Position numbers and translations under genes: made by a program
Assembly: GCA_965246895.1 (NCBI GenBank)
Contig: OZ251993.1
Span: 466,654-530,653, forward strand
Length of the DNA: 64,000 nucleotides
Source: Alphaproteobacteria bacterium
GTDB taxonomy: Bacteria > Pseudomonadota > Alphaproteobacteria > JAIXQD01
Reading direction: 5' to 3'
The notes under the pieces: generated by a model
The model's input: the letters and a program-made list of their open reading frames with translations, nothing else
Database searches by the model: none
Told to the model about the DNA's origin: nothing
In this document: piece after piece, positions 23,009 through 33,039 of the stretch
Layout of the letters: each line of letters opens with the position of its first letter
How positions within the stretch are numbered: position 1 is the first letter of the stretch

Positions 23009-23252
23009 GCATCCGGGGGTGGCGCGTGTGGTGAGGCCTGGCCACATAAGACAAACCGCGCATGTGGCGAGTGGCCGAACAAGATGCCGCCACACTGGAA
23101 TCTACCCAAGTGAATCTGCCGATGTGGCCGTGTGGTGGGTGTGGCCTCCCCTAAGGGGGAGGTGGCGGCGCGCCCATCACGCTGGCCGACATCCTCCTCC
23201 CTTAGGGAGGCCCTGCACGAACTTTCTAACAACCAGGCCAACAGAGGAGTGA

Positions 23253-23687
23253 ATGATGATATCAAGAACATGGACAGGCAGAGAGGTGGCTGACCGCTTC
23301 GAAGAAGCGATCTACACCATGCGGCGGCTACCACCGGTTCGCATGCAGGGTTATCAGACTGTGTGGCCATCCGTGGTTTACACGGAGGCAGAGATCATGC
23401 AGCAAGCAAAGCTGCCGATGCGTCTTGGCCCACCATCAGCGGCATCGATTGATCGGCTCGAAGAAGTGTTTACGTGGGTTTCGTGGTTGTCGGTCGATGT
23501 TCGCAAATTGGTATGGATGCGGGCGGCTAATATGCCTTGGCGGGTAATCGGATCTAAGATCGGCTACTCGCATACGACCGCGCAGCGGGAGTGGCTTGCA
23601 GCCATGGTTTTGCTAGCAAAGCGTCTCAATGCATCCACTTTGGCAAGCGATGGCAAGTCTTTCAAAGTGACAAATCGGGCGTTTTAA
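23253..23687 (+). CDS. DUF6362-like phage protein (possible late regulator)
   Basis: VADRFEEA..RRLPPVRMQGY..WL..RKLVWMRA..PW pattern. Confidence 0.75.
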   Translation: MMISRTWTGREVADRFEEAIYTMRRLPPVRMQGYQTVWPSVVYTEAEIMQQAKLPMRLGPPSAASIDRLEEVFTWVSWLSVDVRKLVWMRAANMPWRVIGSKIGYSHTTAQREWLAAMVLLAKRLNASTLASDGKSFKVTNRAF

Positions 23688-23949
23688 ACGATCTTCTGAG
23701 GTATGCTCACGCAAGATTTGATTGCAGGGCGGGCTAGTTACAACGCAGTTACATGCTGCCGAACGGCCCGCCCTTAGCGGGGCAAAAACTAAGGTAAGCC
23801 TTTGAATTCTTTGGGTCCTCCCTGGCCAAAAACCTAAGCGGGCGGGCAAGGCGCGAAATCGAAATAGCGACAGGTTTTTAAACGGGTTACAGGCCCGGTT
23901 ACAGGGTTACAGCCCAGCCAAAGTCGCGGTTACACACCAGCGAGAACAC

Positions 23950-25176
23950 ATGACGAAATTCCAAACTGCAATGGCGCAGCGCATCGAGCTGTGGCCGGTC
24001 GACAGACTTGTGCCCTACGACAAAAACCCGCGCACCCATTCCGAAGAACAACTCGAACAGATTGCTGCCAGCATCAGCGAGTTTGGGTTCCTGAACCCAA
24101 TACTTGTCGACACATCGGCTGGCATCATAGCCGGTCACGGGCGGCTGCAGGCGGCAAAAAGGATTGGCCTGACAGACGTGCCCGTGGTCGTGCTAGACCA
24201 TTTGACCGAAGCTCAGAAACGCGCCTACGTCATTGCGGATAACAAGCTCGCGCTCAACGCAGGCTGGGATGAAGAACTGCTCCGCGCCGAAATCATGGCC
24301 TTGTCGGAGGAAAACTTCGACCTGCCGCTCATGGGATTTAGCGATGATGAACTTGCGGACATTCTTGCTGAGCCGGAAAAAGAAAATGGCGAGACGGACG
24401 ACGATGCAGTGCCTGAGGCGCCTATTGAACCTACCACCAAGCGTGGGGATCTTTGGCGCTTAGGCAACCATAACCTGCTCTGCGGCGATAGCACGGTGCT
24501 GACGGACGTCGAACGGGTGCTCGAAGGAGCGCTGGCCGACATGGTCTTTACCGATCCGCCCTATAACGTCGACTATGGCAATTCGGCTAAAGACAAGATG
24601 CGCGGCAAGGATCGCCGCATCCTGAATGACAATCTCGGCAGCGAGTTTGAGAAGTTTCTTTACGACGTTAGCGTCAATCTACTGACCGTTTGCAAGGGTG
24701 CGCTTTACATGTGCATGTCCTCATCGGAACTGCACACGCTGCAGAAAGCCTTTACCGACGCTGGCGGCAAATGGTCAACCTTCATCATCTGGGCCAAACA
24801 TATGTTCACGATGGGTCGCGCCGATTACCAGCGGCAATACGAGCCGATCCTATACGGCTGGAAACAAGGTGCGGATCATTACTGGTGCGGTGCCCGCGAC
24901 CAAGGCGACGTCTGGCATATCAAAAAGCCGATGAAGAACGATTTGCATCCAACGATGAAACCGGTTGAATTGTGTGAGCGAGCGGTTCGGAACAGCAGCA
25001 AGAGCCGTGACATTGTTCTGGATGTATTTGGCGGTTCCGGCTCGACGCTAATCGCCTGCGAGAAGCTGGGTCGGCAGGCGCGGTTGATTGAACTAGATCC
25101 AAAATATTGCGATGTCATCGTCAAGCGGTGGGAGGATTTTACAGGCAACAAAGCCGAGCTGGTAACTGATAACTGA
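23950..25176 (+). CDS. ParB-like domain plus N6/N4 DNA methyltransferase
   Basis: IIAGHGRL and IADNKLA (ParB-N); DPPY, HPTMKP and DVFGGSGST (MTase). Confidence 0.93.
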   Translation: MTKFQTAMAQRIELWPVDRLVPYDKNPRTHSEEQLEQIAASISEFGFLNPILVDTSAGIIAGHGRLQAAKRIGLTDVPVVVLDHLTEAQKRAYVIADNKLALNAGWDEELLRAEIMALSEENFDLPLMGFSDDELADILAEPEKENGETDDDAVPEAPIEPTTKRGDLWRLGNHNLLCGDSTVLTDVERVLEGALADMVFTDPPYNVDYGNSAKDKMRGKDRRILNDNLGSEFEKFLYDVSVNLLTVCKGALYMCMSSSELHTLQKAFTDAGGKWSTFIIWAKHMFTMGRADYQRQYEPILYGWKQGADHYWCGARDQGDVWHIKKPMKNDLHPTMKPVELCERAVRNSSKSRDIVLDVFGGSGSTLIACEKLGRQARLIELDPKYCDVIVKRWEDFTGNKAELVTDN

Positions 25177-25238
25177 TCTTTAGAAGAAATGCATGAAAAC
25201 ACGAATTACTTTCACGATTTTATGGTAAATTCCACTGA

Positions 25239-25841
25239 ATGGAAAATGTCTCAACAAAAGAATTGCTGGATTTAGGCCTAGCAGCACAAGCGGATGGAAA
25301 CTTTGGACAGGCAGTCAGCCATTGGCAGGCTGCAGCCAAGCGTGGCAGCGTTGATGGTTTCTACAATATTGGCCTGCTTTACAGCAAACTTGCCTTTGCA
25401 ACAGCAGACCCTGATCGTCAGACAGCTTATCTAGCTTCTGCTGTCAGCGCCTTCAAGCCGATTGCCGGGCCAGAATTCGATTTGCCTAAGGCCTCCTTTA
25501 GCCTGGGCATGATTGCAGAAGAACTGGCAAAGCGCTCTTTAAATGCGCCTGATCTGACGCAGGAACAGCAATTAACAGCAGCGAACGAGGGATTTGTTAA
25601 AGCGGCTGGTTACTTTAAGCAGGCTTCGGCTATGCCCGACAGCATGGTCGATGGAACCCCTGCCGAGGCTACGTTGAAATTAGCGAGCTTTCAGATGCTT
25701 GGCATTGGTGGTTACGAAAAGAATGAAGCTGCCGCGATTGAAATGGTTGAAGAAGCAAAACGCTTGTGCCCTAAACTCTTCGATAATGGGCCAGCAAGGC
25801 CGAGAGCAGCTGGCGTGGCTCCATCAAAGCTAACATCCTAA
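25239..25841 (+). CDS. Sel1/TPR-like repeat hypothetical protein
   Basis: AVSHWQAAAKRGSVDGFYNIGLLY and GIGGYEKNEAAA Sel1-like segments. Confidence 0.6.
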   Translation: MENVSTKELLDLGLAAQADGNFGQAVSHWQAAAKRGSVDGFYNIGLLYSKLAFATADPDRQTAYLASAVSAFKPIAGPEFDLPKASFSLGMIAEELAKRSLNAPDLTQEQQLTAANEGFVKAAGYFKQASAMPDSMVDGTPAEATLKLASFQMLGIGGYEKNEAAAIEMVEEAKRLCPKLFDNGPARPRAAGVAPSKLTS

Positions 25842-25845
25842 TACA

Positions 25846-26067
25846 TTAATCCCTTGGGCTATTGCGGTGCATCGTAACTGCTGCGGTGTAGAGCGCGTTC
25901 GCTTCTGGCAGTAGTTTTTCAAGATCGAGGGCGGTGCCGATGGCTAGGTTTTGCTTGCCGCCACGCATGGCTTCTGCGGCTTCTGCTGCTTGGGTAGCGG
26001 CCTTTTGCAGGCTTTCTGCAAGCGCTGCCAGCGTGGCTTCGATGGCGGTTTCAGTTACTGTTTTCAT
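25846..26067 (-). CDS. Small hypothetical protein
   Basis: AAGGAGG RBS; 73-aa helical ORF. Confidence 0.7.
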   Translation of the reverse strand: MKTVTETAIEATLAALAESLQKAATQAAEAAEAMRGGKQNLAIGTALDLEKLLPEANALYTAAVTMHRNSPRD

Positions 26068-26197
26068 GGTTGCCTCCTTGTTGTGACAACCATGAACGCT
26101 CTTCTTGGCGAGACAATCAACTCATATACGCTTTGAATGATTGCGAATGACTTTGACGAACTGTCATTAAATGACAATCAAATTCAGCTTCGCCATT

Positions 26198-26521
26198 TCA
26201 TTGCTTGGTACCGTCAATCTTGTACACAGTTGCTTCACCTTTGATGCGCTCGGACACGATTTGATAACCACGCTTCTTACGGAGCGCGTCGGTTATCGCG
26301 GCACGAACTGAGTGGCTCTTCCATTCTGTTGCCGCCATCATGTCTTCGATGGTTGCGCCTTTCGGACGCTTGACCATTTCGAGCAGGATACCGAGCTTGC
26401 CGCCGACTTCGCCATTTGCCTTTTCCGGCTTTGGTTTAGGTGCTTTGACTTTCGCAGCCGCAGGTTTGGCGGCTTTCTTTTTAATGGTGATCTTCTTGGG
26501 TGCTTTCGGTTTGCTGGACAT
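26198..26521 (-). CDS. DUF3489 family protein
   Basis: KRPKGATIEDMMAATEWKSHSVRAAI; AGGAGG RBS. Confidence 0.85.
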   Translation of the reverse strand: MSSKPKAPKKITIKKKAAKPAAAKVKAPKPKPEKANGEVGGKLGILLEMVKRPKGATIEDMMAATEWKSHSVRAAITDALRKKRGYQIVSERIKGEATVYKIDGTKQ

Positions 26522-26636
26522 GATTGTCCTCCTTTCGGATGGCATGAACGCGTACATGCCGGGCGACAATCCACTCAATTGTGAGCAATTAAATGGCTTT
26601 CAGAACCATGCGCAGGTCGCGAGATGATTAGGTCAA

Positions 26637-27155
26637 ATGAGCGTATTATCAGTCAGCGCCTATGCACGGCATCGCGGGGTCAGCCATGTGGCAGTCCTCA
26701 AGGCGATCAAAACCGGCAGGATCGTCCGTGATGCAGACGGCACAATCGATGTCGCCAAAGCAGACGCTGCATGGCGCAACAACACCAATATGGCGCAGCA
26801 GCGCAAACCTGAAGCCGAGATCGAGCCGCAGGTAGAAGCAGCAGTGCCGCAGCCGGTCGCGGGCGGGCCGAGTTATGCCCAGAGCCGCGCCGTGCGGGAG
26901 GCCTACAATGCCCGGCTGGCAAAGCTCGATTACGAAGAACGCACCAAGGCAATGGTGCGGATCGATACGGTCAAGGTCGCCTGGTTTAGCATTCTGCGGG
27001 TGCTGCGGGACCGGGTGATGAACCTGCCAGACCGGCTTGGGCCGGTACTAGCATCCGAAACCGACCAGAAGATCGTGCGGGATCTGCTTGAGGCCGAGCT
27101 GCGACAGATCCTCGACGATGCCGCTGATGCAACCCTAACCATAAACACGAACTGA
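26637..27155 (+). CDS. Terminase small subunit-like protein
   Basis: LSVSAYARHRGVSHVAVLKAI HTH; lies immediately before terL. Confidence 0.8.
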   Translation: MSVLSVSAYARHRGVSHVAVLKAIKTGRIVRDADGTIDVAKADAAWRNNTNMAQQRKPEAEIEPQVEAAVPQPVAGGPSYAQSRAVREAYNARLAKLDYEERTKAMVRIDTVKVAWFSILRVLRDRVMNLPDRLGPVLASETDQKIVRDLLEAELRQILDDAADATLTINTN

Positions 27156-27157
27156 CC

Positions 27158-29041
27158 TTGCAAGCTTTACAAGAATGCCTGACGCATGCTGCCCTCGCGC
27201 TGCGTCCCGACCGCCTGTTGTCGGTATCTGGCTGGGCGGACGCAAACAGGTTCCTTTCGCAGACGGCTTCGGGTGAACCGGGGCCGTGGCGAACGGAGCG
27301 GACGCCGTATTTACGCGAGATCATGGACTGCCTGTCACCGAGCAGCCCTGTCGAAAAGGTCGTGTTTATGAAGGGTGCCCAGATCGGCGGTACCGAAGCA
27401 GGCAATAACTGGATCGGCTATGTCATTCACCATGCGCCGGGGCCGATGCTGGCCGTGCAGCCGACCGTCGATATGGCGAAGCGCTGGTCGAAGCAGCGTG
27501 TGTCCAGCCTGATCGAGACAACACCGGCTCTGCGTGACCGCGTGAAGGAAGCGCGGTCGCGGGATAGCGGCAATACAATTCAGAGCAAGGAGTTTCCAGG
27601 CGGCATCTTGGTAATGACGGGTGCCAATAGCGCGACCGGTCTGCGCTCGATGCCCGTGCGCTTCCTGTTCTTAGACGAAGTTGATGCTTATGAGTTTGAT
27701 GTCGACGGTGAAGGCGATCCGGTTGGTCTTGCCAGTCAGCGGACGATCACATTTGCCAATCGCAAGATCTTCCTGGTCTCGACACCAACGATCCAGGGCT
27801 TCAGCCGGATCGAGCTTGAGTACGAGCAGTCGGATCGGCGGCGCTGGTTCGTGCCATGCCCTGAATGCGACGAGTATCAGGTGCTGGACGAGAAACAGTT
27901 GCGCTGGCCATCGGGCGAGCCGGAAAAGGCGCTCTATTTCTGCATTCATTGCGGTTCGGCCATTCCAAGCCATCGTAAGCAGTGGATGAATGCGCGGGGC
28001 GAATGGCGGGCCGAAGCATCGGGTTTGGGTTTAGCAGCTGGCTTTCATTTGTCAGGCCTGAACAGCCCGTGGCTGTCATGGGCGCAGATCGCGGAACGCA
28101 AGGTTGCCGCTAAAGACGATGCGGCCATGAAGGTTTACGTCAATACCATAGAGGCCCGCACCTGGACTGAGTCAGGTGAAGCACCCGAGTGGCAGCGGCT
28201 ATATGATCGGCGCGAGGATTATAGGATTGGTGAAGTACCTGCGGGCGGTCTCTTCCTGACGGCAGGCGTCGACGTGCAGAAAGATCGCCTTGAGCTTGAG
28301 ATCGTGGCATGGGGCCGTGATCGTGAAAGCTGGTCGATAGACTTCCGGGTATTGCCTGGCGATCCGGCCAAGGCGGAGGTCTGGGCAGCGATGGACAGTT
28401 TGTTGGGCGAGACGTTCACTCACGCTAACGGCAACAGTCTGCCGATTATGAAGCTGGCCATCGACACCGGCTATTCGACGCAGGAGGTTTATGATTGGGT
28501 GCGAAAACAGCAGTCAGACCGCGTACTGGCGGTCAAAGGCGTTGAGCGCCTGAGTGCGGCCATCGGCTCACCCAGCCATATGGATGTGACCAGCAAAGGG
28601 AAACGTAAGCGCCGGGGTTTGCTGGTCTGGCCGGTCGGATCGTCGTTCAGCAAATCCGAGCTATATGGCTGCCTGCGGAAAGACAAACCCACGGATGATG
28701 AAACGGAAGCGGGGAAAAGCTATCCAGCCGGGTACTGCCACTTCCCTAAACATGGCGAAGAATACTTTAAGCAGCTGACCGCCGAGCGGCTAGTGACGGT
28801 CAAAGACCGGCGCGGCTTTCCGCATCGTGAGTGGCGGAAGCTGCGCGAACGTAACGAAGCATTGGACTGCCGGGTTTATGCCCGCGCTGCAGCCTCAGCT
28901 GTTGGGATTGATCGGTTTAACGAGTCCGTGTGGCTAAAACTTGAAGTGGCTTTAGGCAAGTTGCCTGTTGAAGAGCCGCAACAGCAGGTGGCAAGCAGTA
29001 AAGTGTTGCAGCGGCGGACAATTGGCAGCAGCTATATTTAA
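27158..29041 (+). CDS. Terminase large subunit (GpA family)
   Basis: KGAQIGGTE, FLDEVD, STPT, GVDVQ and NEALDC motifs. Confidence 0.96.
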   Translation: MQALQECLTHAALALRPDRLLSVSGWADANRFLSQTASGEPGPWRTERTPYLREIMDCLSPSSPVEKVVFMKGAQIGGTEAGNNWIGYVIHHAPGPMLAVQPTVDMAKRWSKQRVSSLIETTPALRDRVKEARSRDSGNTIQSKEFPGGILVMTGANSATGLRSMPVRFLFLDEVDAYEFDVDGEGDPVGLASQRTITFANRKIFLVSTPTIQGFSRIELEYEQSDRRRWFVPCPECDEYQVLDEKQLRWPSGEPEKALYFCIHCGSAIPSHRKQWMNARGEWRAEASGLGLAAGFHLSGLNSPWLSWAQIAERKVAAKDDAAMKVYVNTIEARTWTESGEAPEWQRLYDRREDYRIGEVPAGGLFLTAGVDVQKDRLELEIVAWGRDRESWSIDFRVLPGDPAKAEVWAAMDSLLGETFTHANGNSLPIMKLAIDTGYSTQEVYDWVRKQQSDRVLAVKGVERLSAAIGSPSHMDVTSKGKRKRRGLLVWPVGSSFSKSELYGCLRKDKPTDDETEAGKSYPAGYCHFPKHGEEYFKQLTAERLVTVKDRRGFPHREWRKLRERNEALDCRVYARAAASAVGIDRFNESVWLKLEVALGKLPVEEPQQQVASSKVLQRRTIGSSYI

Positions 29042-29167
29042 CTAATACAGAGGGTTAAACTTGCAAGAAAGATTAACTTGAAATTAAGGAGGTTAGCTCT
29101 AATATAACTGTTAAGGATTGGGCTTATCCCGGTCGACGAAAGGGCTTTAGACTTTGTCTGGAGCCCT

Positions 29168-29908
29168 TTAGTTTTCTGGAAAATATTTGCGATCCGACGG
29201 TTTCGTTCGGATGATGTCAAAAGCTCTATTATCTTGTTGTGGCCTCAAATATTTTAGAGCTATTGGACGTACAATTAGATCTGCCAACTGTAAACCAACT
29301 GAATTACTCTTTTTGTCGGCGCAGATCAGTTCAAAAGGGATTTCCGTGAAATCGGGTGCTCTATAGCCCCAGCGATTCTGATTGTCGCAAATTCTACGGA
29401 ATTCCAGCTCTAACTCTCTATCTTCTTTAAGGCCACGGCCTTCAATGATGATATGAGTGGTTTTACCCGCTTGGCCTTCGCGCTTTAGAAAGTCTAGCGT
29501 CTTCTCCATGCAAAACCGCATCCCAATCTCATAAGGGCTGAATGGGTTAGCGTAACGCTCTTTCAGCTTATTCTTGTCAATTACAGAAGTGACATGCCTA
29601 AAATCGGCTGATGTCATAACAGCTGTTAAGTCATCTATAAATGAACTTCGCAGAGTCGGGCTGCGGCGCAGTAAGCCAAAGGCACCTTTTTCTTTGCGGA
29701 TCTCATGCTCATGCAGAACAACTTGATCGTGCCCCCAATATTTGATTTTCAAGGCTTGGACTGCGGGAACGATATTGTTCACATAGTCAGATTTCTTAAT
29801 CAGGATAAAGCTCAGCGCAAAGACTGGAAAATCAGGGTCGATTGAGGAAAGACCATGATCGCCGCTTTCATCTACAAATACTAAGTAATCACCAAAATCA
29901 GCTGACAT
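29168..29908 (-). CDS. DUF3800 family protein (RNase H-like fold)
   Basis: VFVDESGDH, LHEHEI and GLQLADL motifs; AT-rich antisense insert. Confidence 0.85.
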   Translation of the reverse strand: MSADFGDYLVFVDESGDHGLSSIDPDFPVFALSFILIKKSDYVNNIVPAVQALKIKYWGHDQVVLHEHEIRKEKGAFGLLRRSPTLRSSFIDDLTAVMTSADFRHVTSVIDKNKLKERYANPFSPYEIGMRFCMEKTLDFLKREGQAGKTTHIIIEGRGLKEDRELELEFRRICDNQNRWGYRAPDFTEIPFELICADKKSNSVGLQLADLIVRPIALKYLRPQQDNRAFDIIRTKPSDRKYFPEN

Positions 29909-30009
29909 TTACGTTAAACCAAAAAGAAGAAAAAGCCCTTGGCCTCAGCCAACGGCAGTGATGGTGAAATATACCATATGCACAGACTACTTAGCAATAA
30001 AGGCCCAAG

Positions 30010-30216
30010 ATGACTTACACGATCTCCCAACGCGACGCCCTGCGCCAAGCTATCGCCAGTGGTGTGCTGCGCCTGTCGTATGACGGCAAGAGCATCGAAT
30101 ACCGGAGCATGGCAGAACTAAAGACCGCGCTGAACGAGGTCGAGGCAGGGCTATCGCGTGACAATGGTAAAGCCCAGACCCGCCGCATCCTGATCGTCGC
30201 CAACAAAGACCTCTAA
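30010..30216 (+). CDS. Head-tail joining protein (gpW-like)
   Basis: AIASGVLRLSYDGKSIEYRSMAEL; between terL and portal. Confidence 0.85.
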   Translation: MTYTISQRDALRQAIASGVLRLSYDGKSIEYRSMAELKTALNEVEAGLSRDNGKAQTRRILIVANKDL

Positions 30217-30229
30217 AACTGGACTCCCC

Positions 30230-31750
30230 ATGAACGTATTTTCACGCCTCGGTCACGCGGCGCGCTTCGCCATGTCCGGACGTTTGTCGGCATCGGCATT
30301 CGGCAGCGGGTTTGAGGGAGCCATGCGGAACCGCCGCCTGGCTGCCTGGCGGGCGACCGAAGAGAATATCAATAGCCTGCTAGTTGCGGACGGCGATACT
30401 CTGCGGGCGCGGGCGCGGCAGACTGTGCGCTCTAATCCTTTTGCATCGAATGCGGCGGGCAGCTTTGTTGCCAACGCCGTTGGGGCGGGGATCAAGCCAT
30501 CCAGCTTGATCCCCGATACCGACCTTAAAGACCAGATCCAGCGGCTCTGGCTGCAGTGGACGGACGAAGCGGATGCCGATGGGTTGACCGACTTCTACGG
30601 TCTGCAGGCATTAGCTGCGCGAGCCATGTTCGAGGCGGGAGAATGTTTTGTGCGGTTCCGGCCGCGATTGCCGCAGGACGGTCTGTCCGTGCCGCTACAG
30701 GTACAGCTGCTTGAATCCGAGCATCTGCCGTTCGGCAAGAATGAAATAGCGTCCGGTGGCAACCAGATCCGCGCGGGGATCGAGTTCGACGCCATTGGTC
30801 GCCGTGTGGCCTATCACTTTTACCGCACCCATCCAGGCGACGGCACTGTGCAGAAAACGCGCGGGGAGATCGTCCGGGTGCCTGCAAGCGAGGTGCTGCA
30901 TCTCTACCGTCCGGATCGGCCTGGCCAGATCCGGGGTGTGCCGTGGATCTCGCCCGCATTGGTGAAGCTCTACCTGCTCGACCAGTACGACGATGCGGAA
31001 CTTGACCGCAAGAAGGTCGCGGCGCTCTTCGCCGGCTTTATTACCAAGACCTCGCCGGAGGATAATCTTTTAGGCGAAGGCATACCTGACCCACTGGGCG
31101 CATCAGTGGCCGGTCTGTCGCCAGGCATGATGCAGGTGCTGCTGCCGGGCGAAGATGTAAAGTTCGCCGAGCCAGCGGATGTTGGCGGCTCATACGAGCT
31201 GTTCCAGTACCGCATGCATCTTGCGGTCGCCGCGGCGCTCGGCATGCCGTACATGAATGTTTCCGGCGATCTTAAAGCCGCCAACTATTCCAGCATCCGG
31301 TCGGGGACGGTGGAATTCCGCCGCCGCCTTGACCAGTTCCAGCACACGACCCTGATCTTCCAGTTCTGCCGCCCCGTGTGGCAGCGCTGGCTGGACACGG
31401 TCGTGCTGGATGGCTCGGTTGCGCTGCCTGACTATCGGAACCAGCGCCGCGATTTCCAGGCGGTCAAATGGATCACGCCGAAATGGGAATGGGTCGATCC
31501 TCTGAAAGACCGGCAGGCCGAAAAGATTGCACAGGAATGCGGCTGGAAAGCGCCGTCCGATATTATCGAGGCTGAAGGCTATGACGTGGACGAGACATTC
31601 AACCGGATTGCCTCAGACCAGCAACGCGCCCGCGACCTTGGCATCAAACTGGGCGATCCCAGCAAGGTCGAGCCTGCAGCAGCTGCATCACCTCAAATGC
31701 CTGAGCCGAATGCTGAAGAAACCGTACCGGCAGAACAGGAGGCCGCATGA
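30230..31750 (+). CDS. Portal protein, lambda family
   Basis: RPGQIRGVPW, ANYSSIR and WVDPLKD motifs. Confidence 0.95.
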   Translation: MNVFSRLGHAARFAMSGRLSASAFGSGFEGAMRNRRLAAWRATEENINSLLVADGDTLRARARQTVRSNPFASNAAGSFVANAVGAGIKPSSLIPDTDLKDQIQRLWLQWTDEADADGLTDFYGLQALAARAMFEAGECFVRFRPRLPQDGLSVPLQVQLLESEHLPFGKNEIASGGNQIRAGIEFDAIGRRVAYHFYRTHPGDGTVQKTRGEIVRVPASEVLHLYRPDRPGQIRGVPWISPALVKLYLLDQYDDAELDRKKVAALFAGFITKTSPEDNLLGEGIPDPLGASVAGLSPGMMQVLLPGEDVKFAEPADVGGSYELFQYRMHLAVAAALGMPYMNVSGDLKAANYSSIRSGTVEFRRRLDQFQHTTLIFQFCRPVWQRWLDTVVLDGSVALPDYRNQRRDFQAVKWITPKWEWVDPLKDRQAEKIAQECGWKAPSDIIEAEGYDVDETFNRIASDQQRARDLGIKLGDPSKVEPAAAASPQMPEPNAEETVPAEQEAA

Positions 31751-33039
31751 TGCTACCCCATATCGCAGGGCGACTGTTCAACACGCCTCTGCTGATCGCC
31801 CGCGCCAAGCTCGATACCCTGCTGACGGTCTTAAAACCCCGTCTAAGCGGGGAGCCTGTGCCGTATTCGGATAAGCCGGAGCGGCGCAGTTTCGATGTGA
31901 CCACGGACGGCATCGCCATCCTGCCGATCCTGGGCACCCTTGTGCGCCGGACGGGCGGGCTTGATGCCTTCAGCGGGCTGACGAGCTACGCCACCATCAG
32001 CGCCCAGCTACAGGACGCTTTAAACGACAATGGCGTGAAGGCCATCCTGCTGGATATCGACAGTCCAGGCGGCGAAGCAGGCGGTGTGTTCGATCTGGCC
32101 GACGAGATTTACGCGGCGCGTAGCATCAAGCTGATCTGGGCGGTCGCTAACGAGGAGGCCTTCTCGGCGGCTTACGCCATTGCAGCGGCGGCGGAGTGCA
32201 TCTACCTGTCGCGCACGGCAGGGGTCGGCTCGATTGGCGTCATCGCCGTGCATCTCGACCAGAGCCAGGCCGAGGCGGATGCGGGCCTGGTCTATACAGC
32301 GATTTTCGCAGGCGACCGCAAGAACGATCTCTCGCCGCACGAGCCACTGGCCGATCCCGCCCGCGTCTCGCTGCAGGCGGAGGTCGACCGCATCTATGAA
32401 CTATTTGCAGGAACGGTAGCGAAGATGCGGTCGCTGTCGGTCGAAGCCGTCAAGGGCACCGAGGCCGATGTCTTCATGAGCGGGAATGCCATCGAGATCG
32501 GCTTGGCCGACCGGCTCGGCACCTTCGACGATGCGCTGGCGGCCCTGCGGGGAAGCCTGCTCACGCCACCGACCCAATTCCGTATCACGTCAACCACACG
32601 AAAGAGAGCCAAACGCATGACTAAGCCAGACCAGCCCTTAAATCCGGAAACCGAGCCGAAAGACCTTCTCGGCGACGATGCTTTGATCGATCCTGCGGAT
32701 ATCGAGGAAGACGAAATGCCGCCCCTCGTTACAGCGTCCTATTCCGCGTTGAGGGCGCAGGCCACGCGGGAAGCGATGGGCTACGTGTCCGAGATTACCG
32801 AACTTTGCATTCTGGCTGGCTTGCCGGACAAGGCGACCGACATGATTGCGCGGGGTGTTCCGGTCGCGGAAGCGCGGAAGGCTCTGCTCGAAGCCAGGGC
32901 CATTACGTCAGAGGCGACCGCGATTGCAGGGCAGATCCCGCAGGCGAAGCCTGAACGAGGTAAAGCGCGGATCGATACCTCCGCCATCTATGCCAAACGC
33001 AACGCCTTCGCAGGCCATAACAAGAAGGAGAGCAACTAA
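31747..33039 (+). CDS. S49 head maturation protease (gpC-like, with scaffold tail)
   Basis: DIDSPGG, AFSAAY and GSIGV motifs. Confidence 0.93.
   Translation: MMLPHIAGRLFNTPLLIARAKLDTLLTVLKPRLSGEPVPYSDKPERRSFDVTTDGIAILPILGTLVRRTGGLDAFSGLTSYATISAQLQDALNDNGVKAILLDIDSPGGEAGGVFDLADEIYAARSIKLIWAVANEEAFSAAYAIAAAAECIYLSRTAGVGSIGVIAVHLDQSQAEADAGLVYTAIFAGDRKNDLSPHEPLADPARVSLQAEVDRIYELFAGTVAKMRSLSVEAVKGTEADVFMSGNAIEIGLADRLGTFDDALAALRGSLLTPPTQFRITSTTRKRAKRMTKPDQPLNPETEPKDLLGDDALIDPADIEEDEMPPLVTASYSALRAQATREAMGYVSEITELCILAGLPDKATDMIARGVPVAEARKALLEARAITSEATAIAGQIPQAKPERGKARIDTSAIYAKRNAFAGHNKKESN

Noticed and set aside
22783-23370. ORFs over the gap after the helicase
   Set aside because: No RBS or motifs; the repeat-rich sequence is better explained as a cis element
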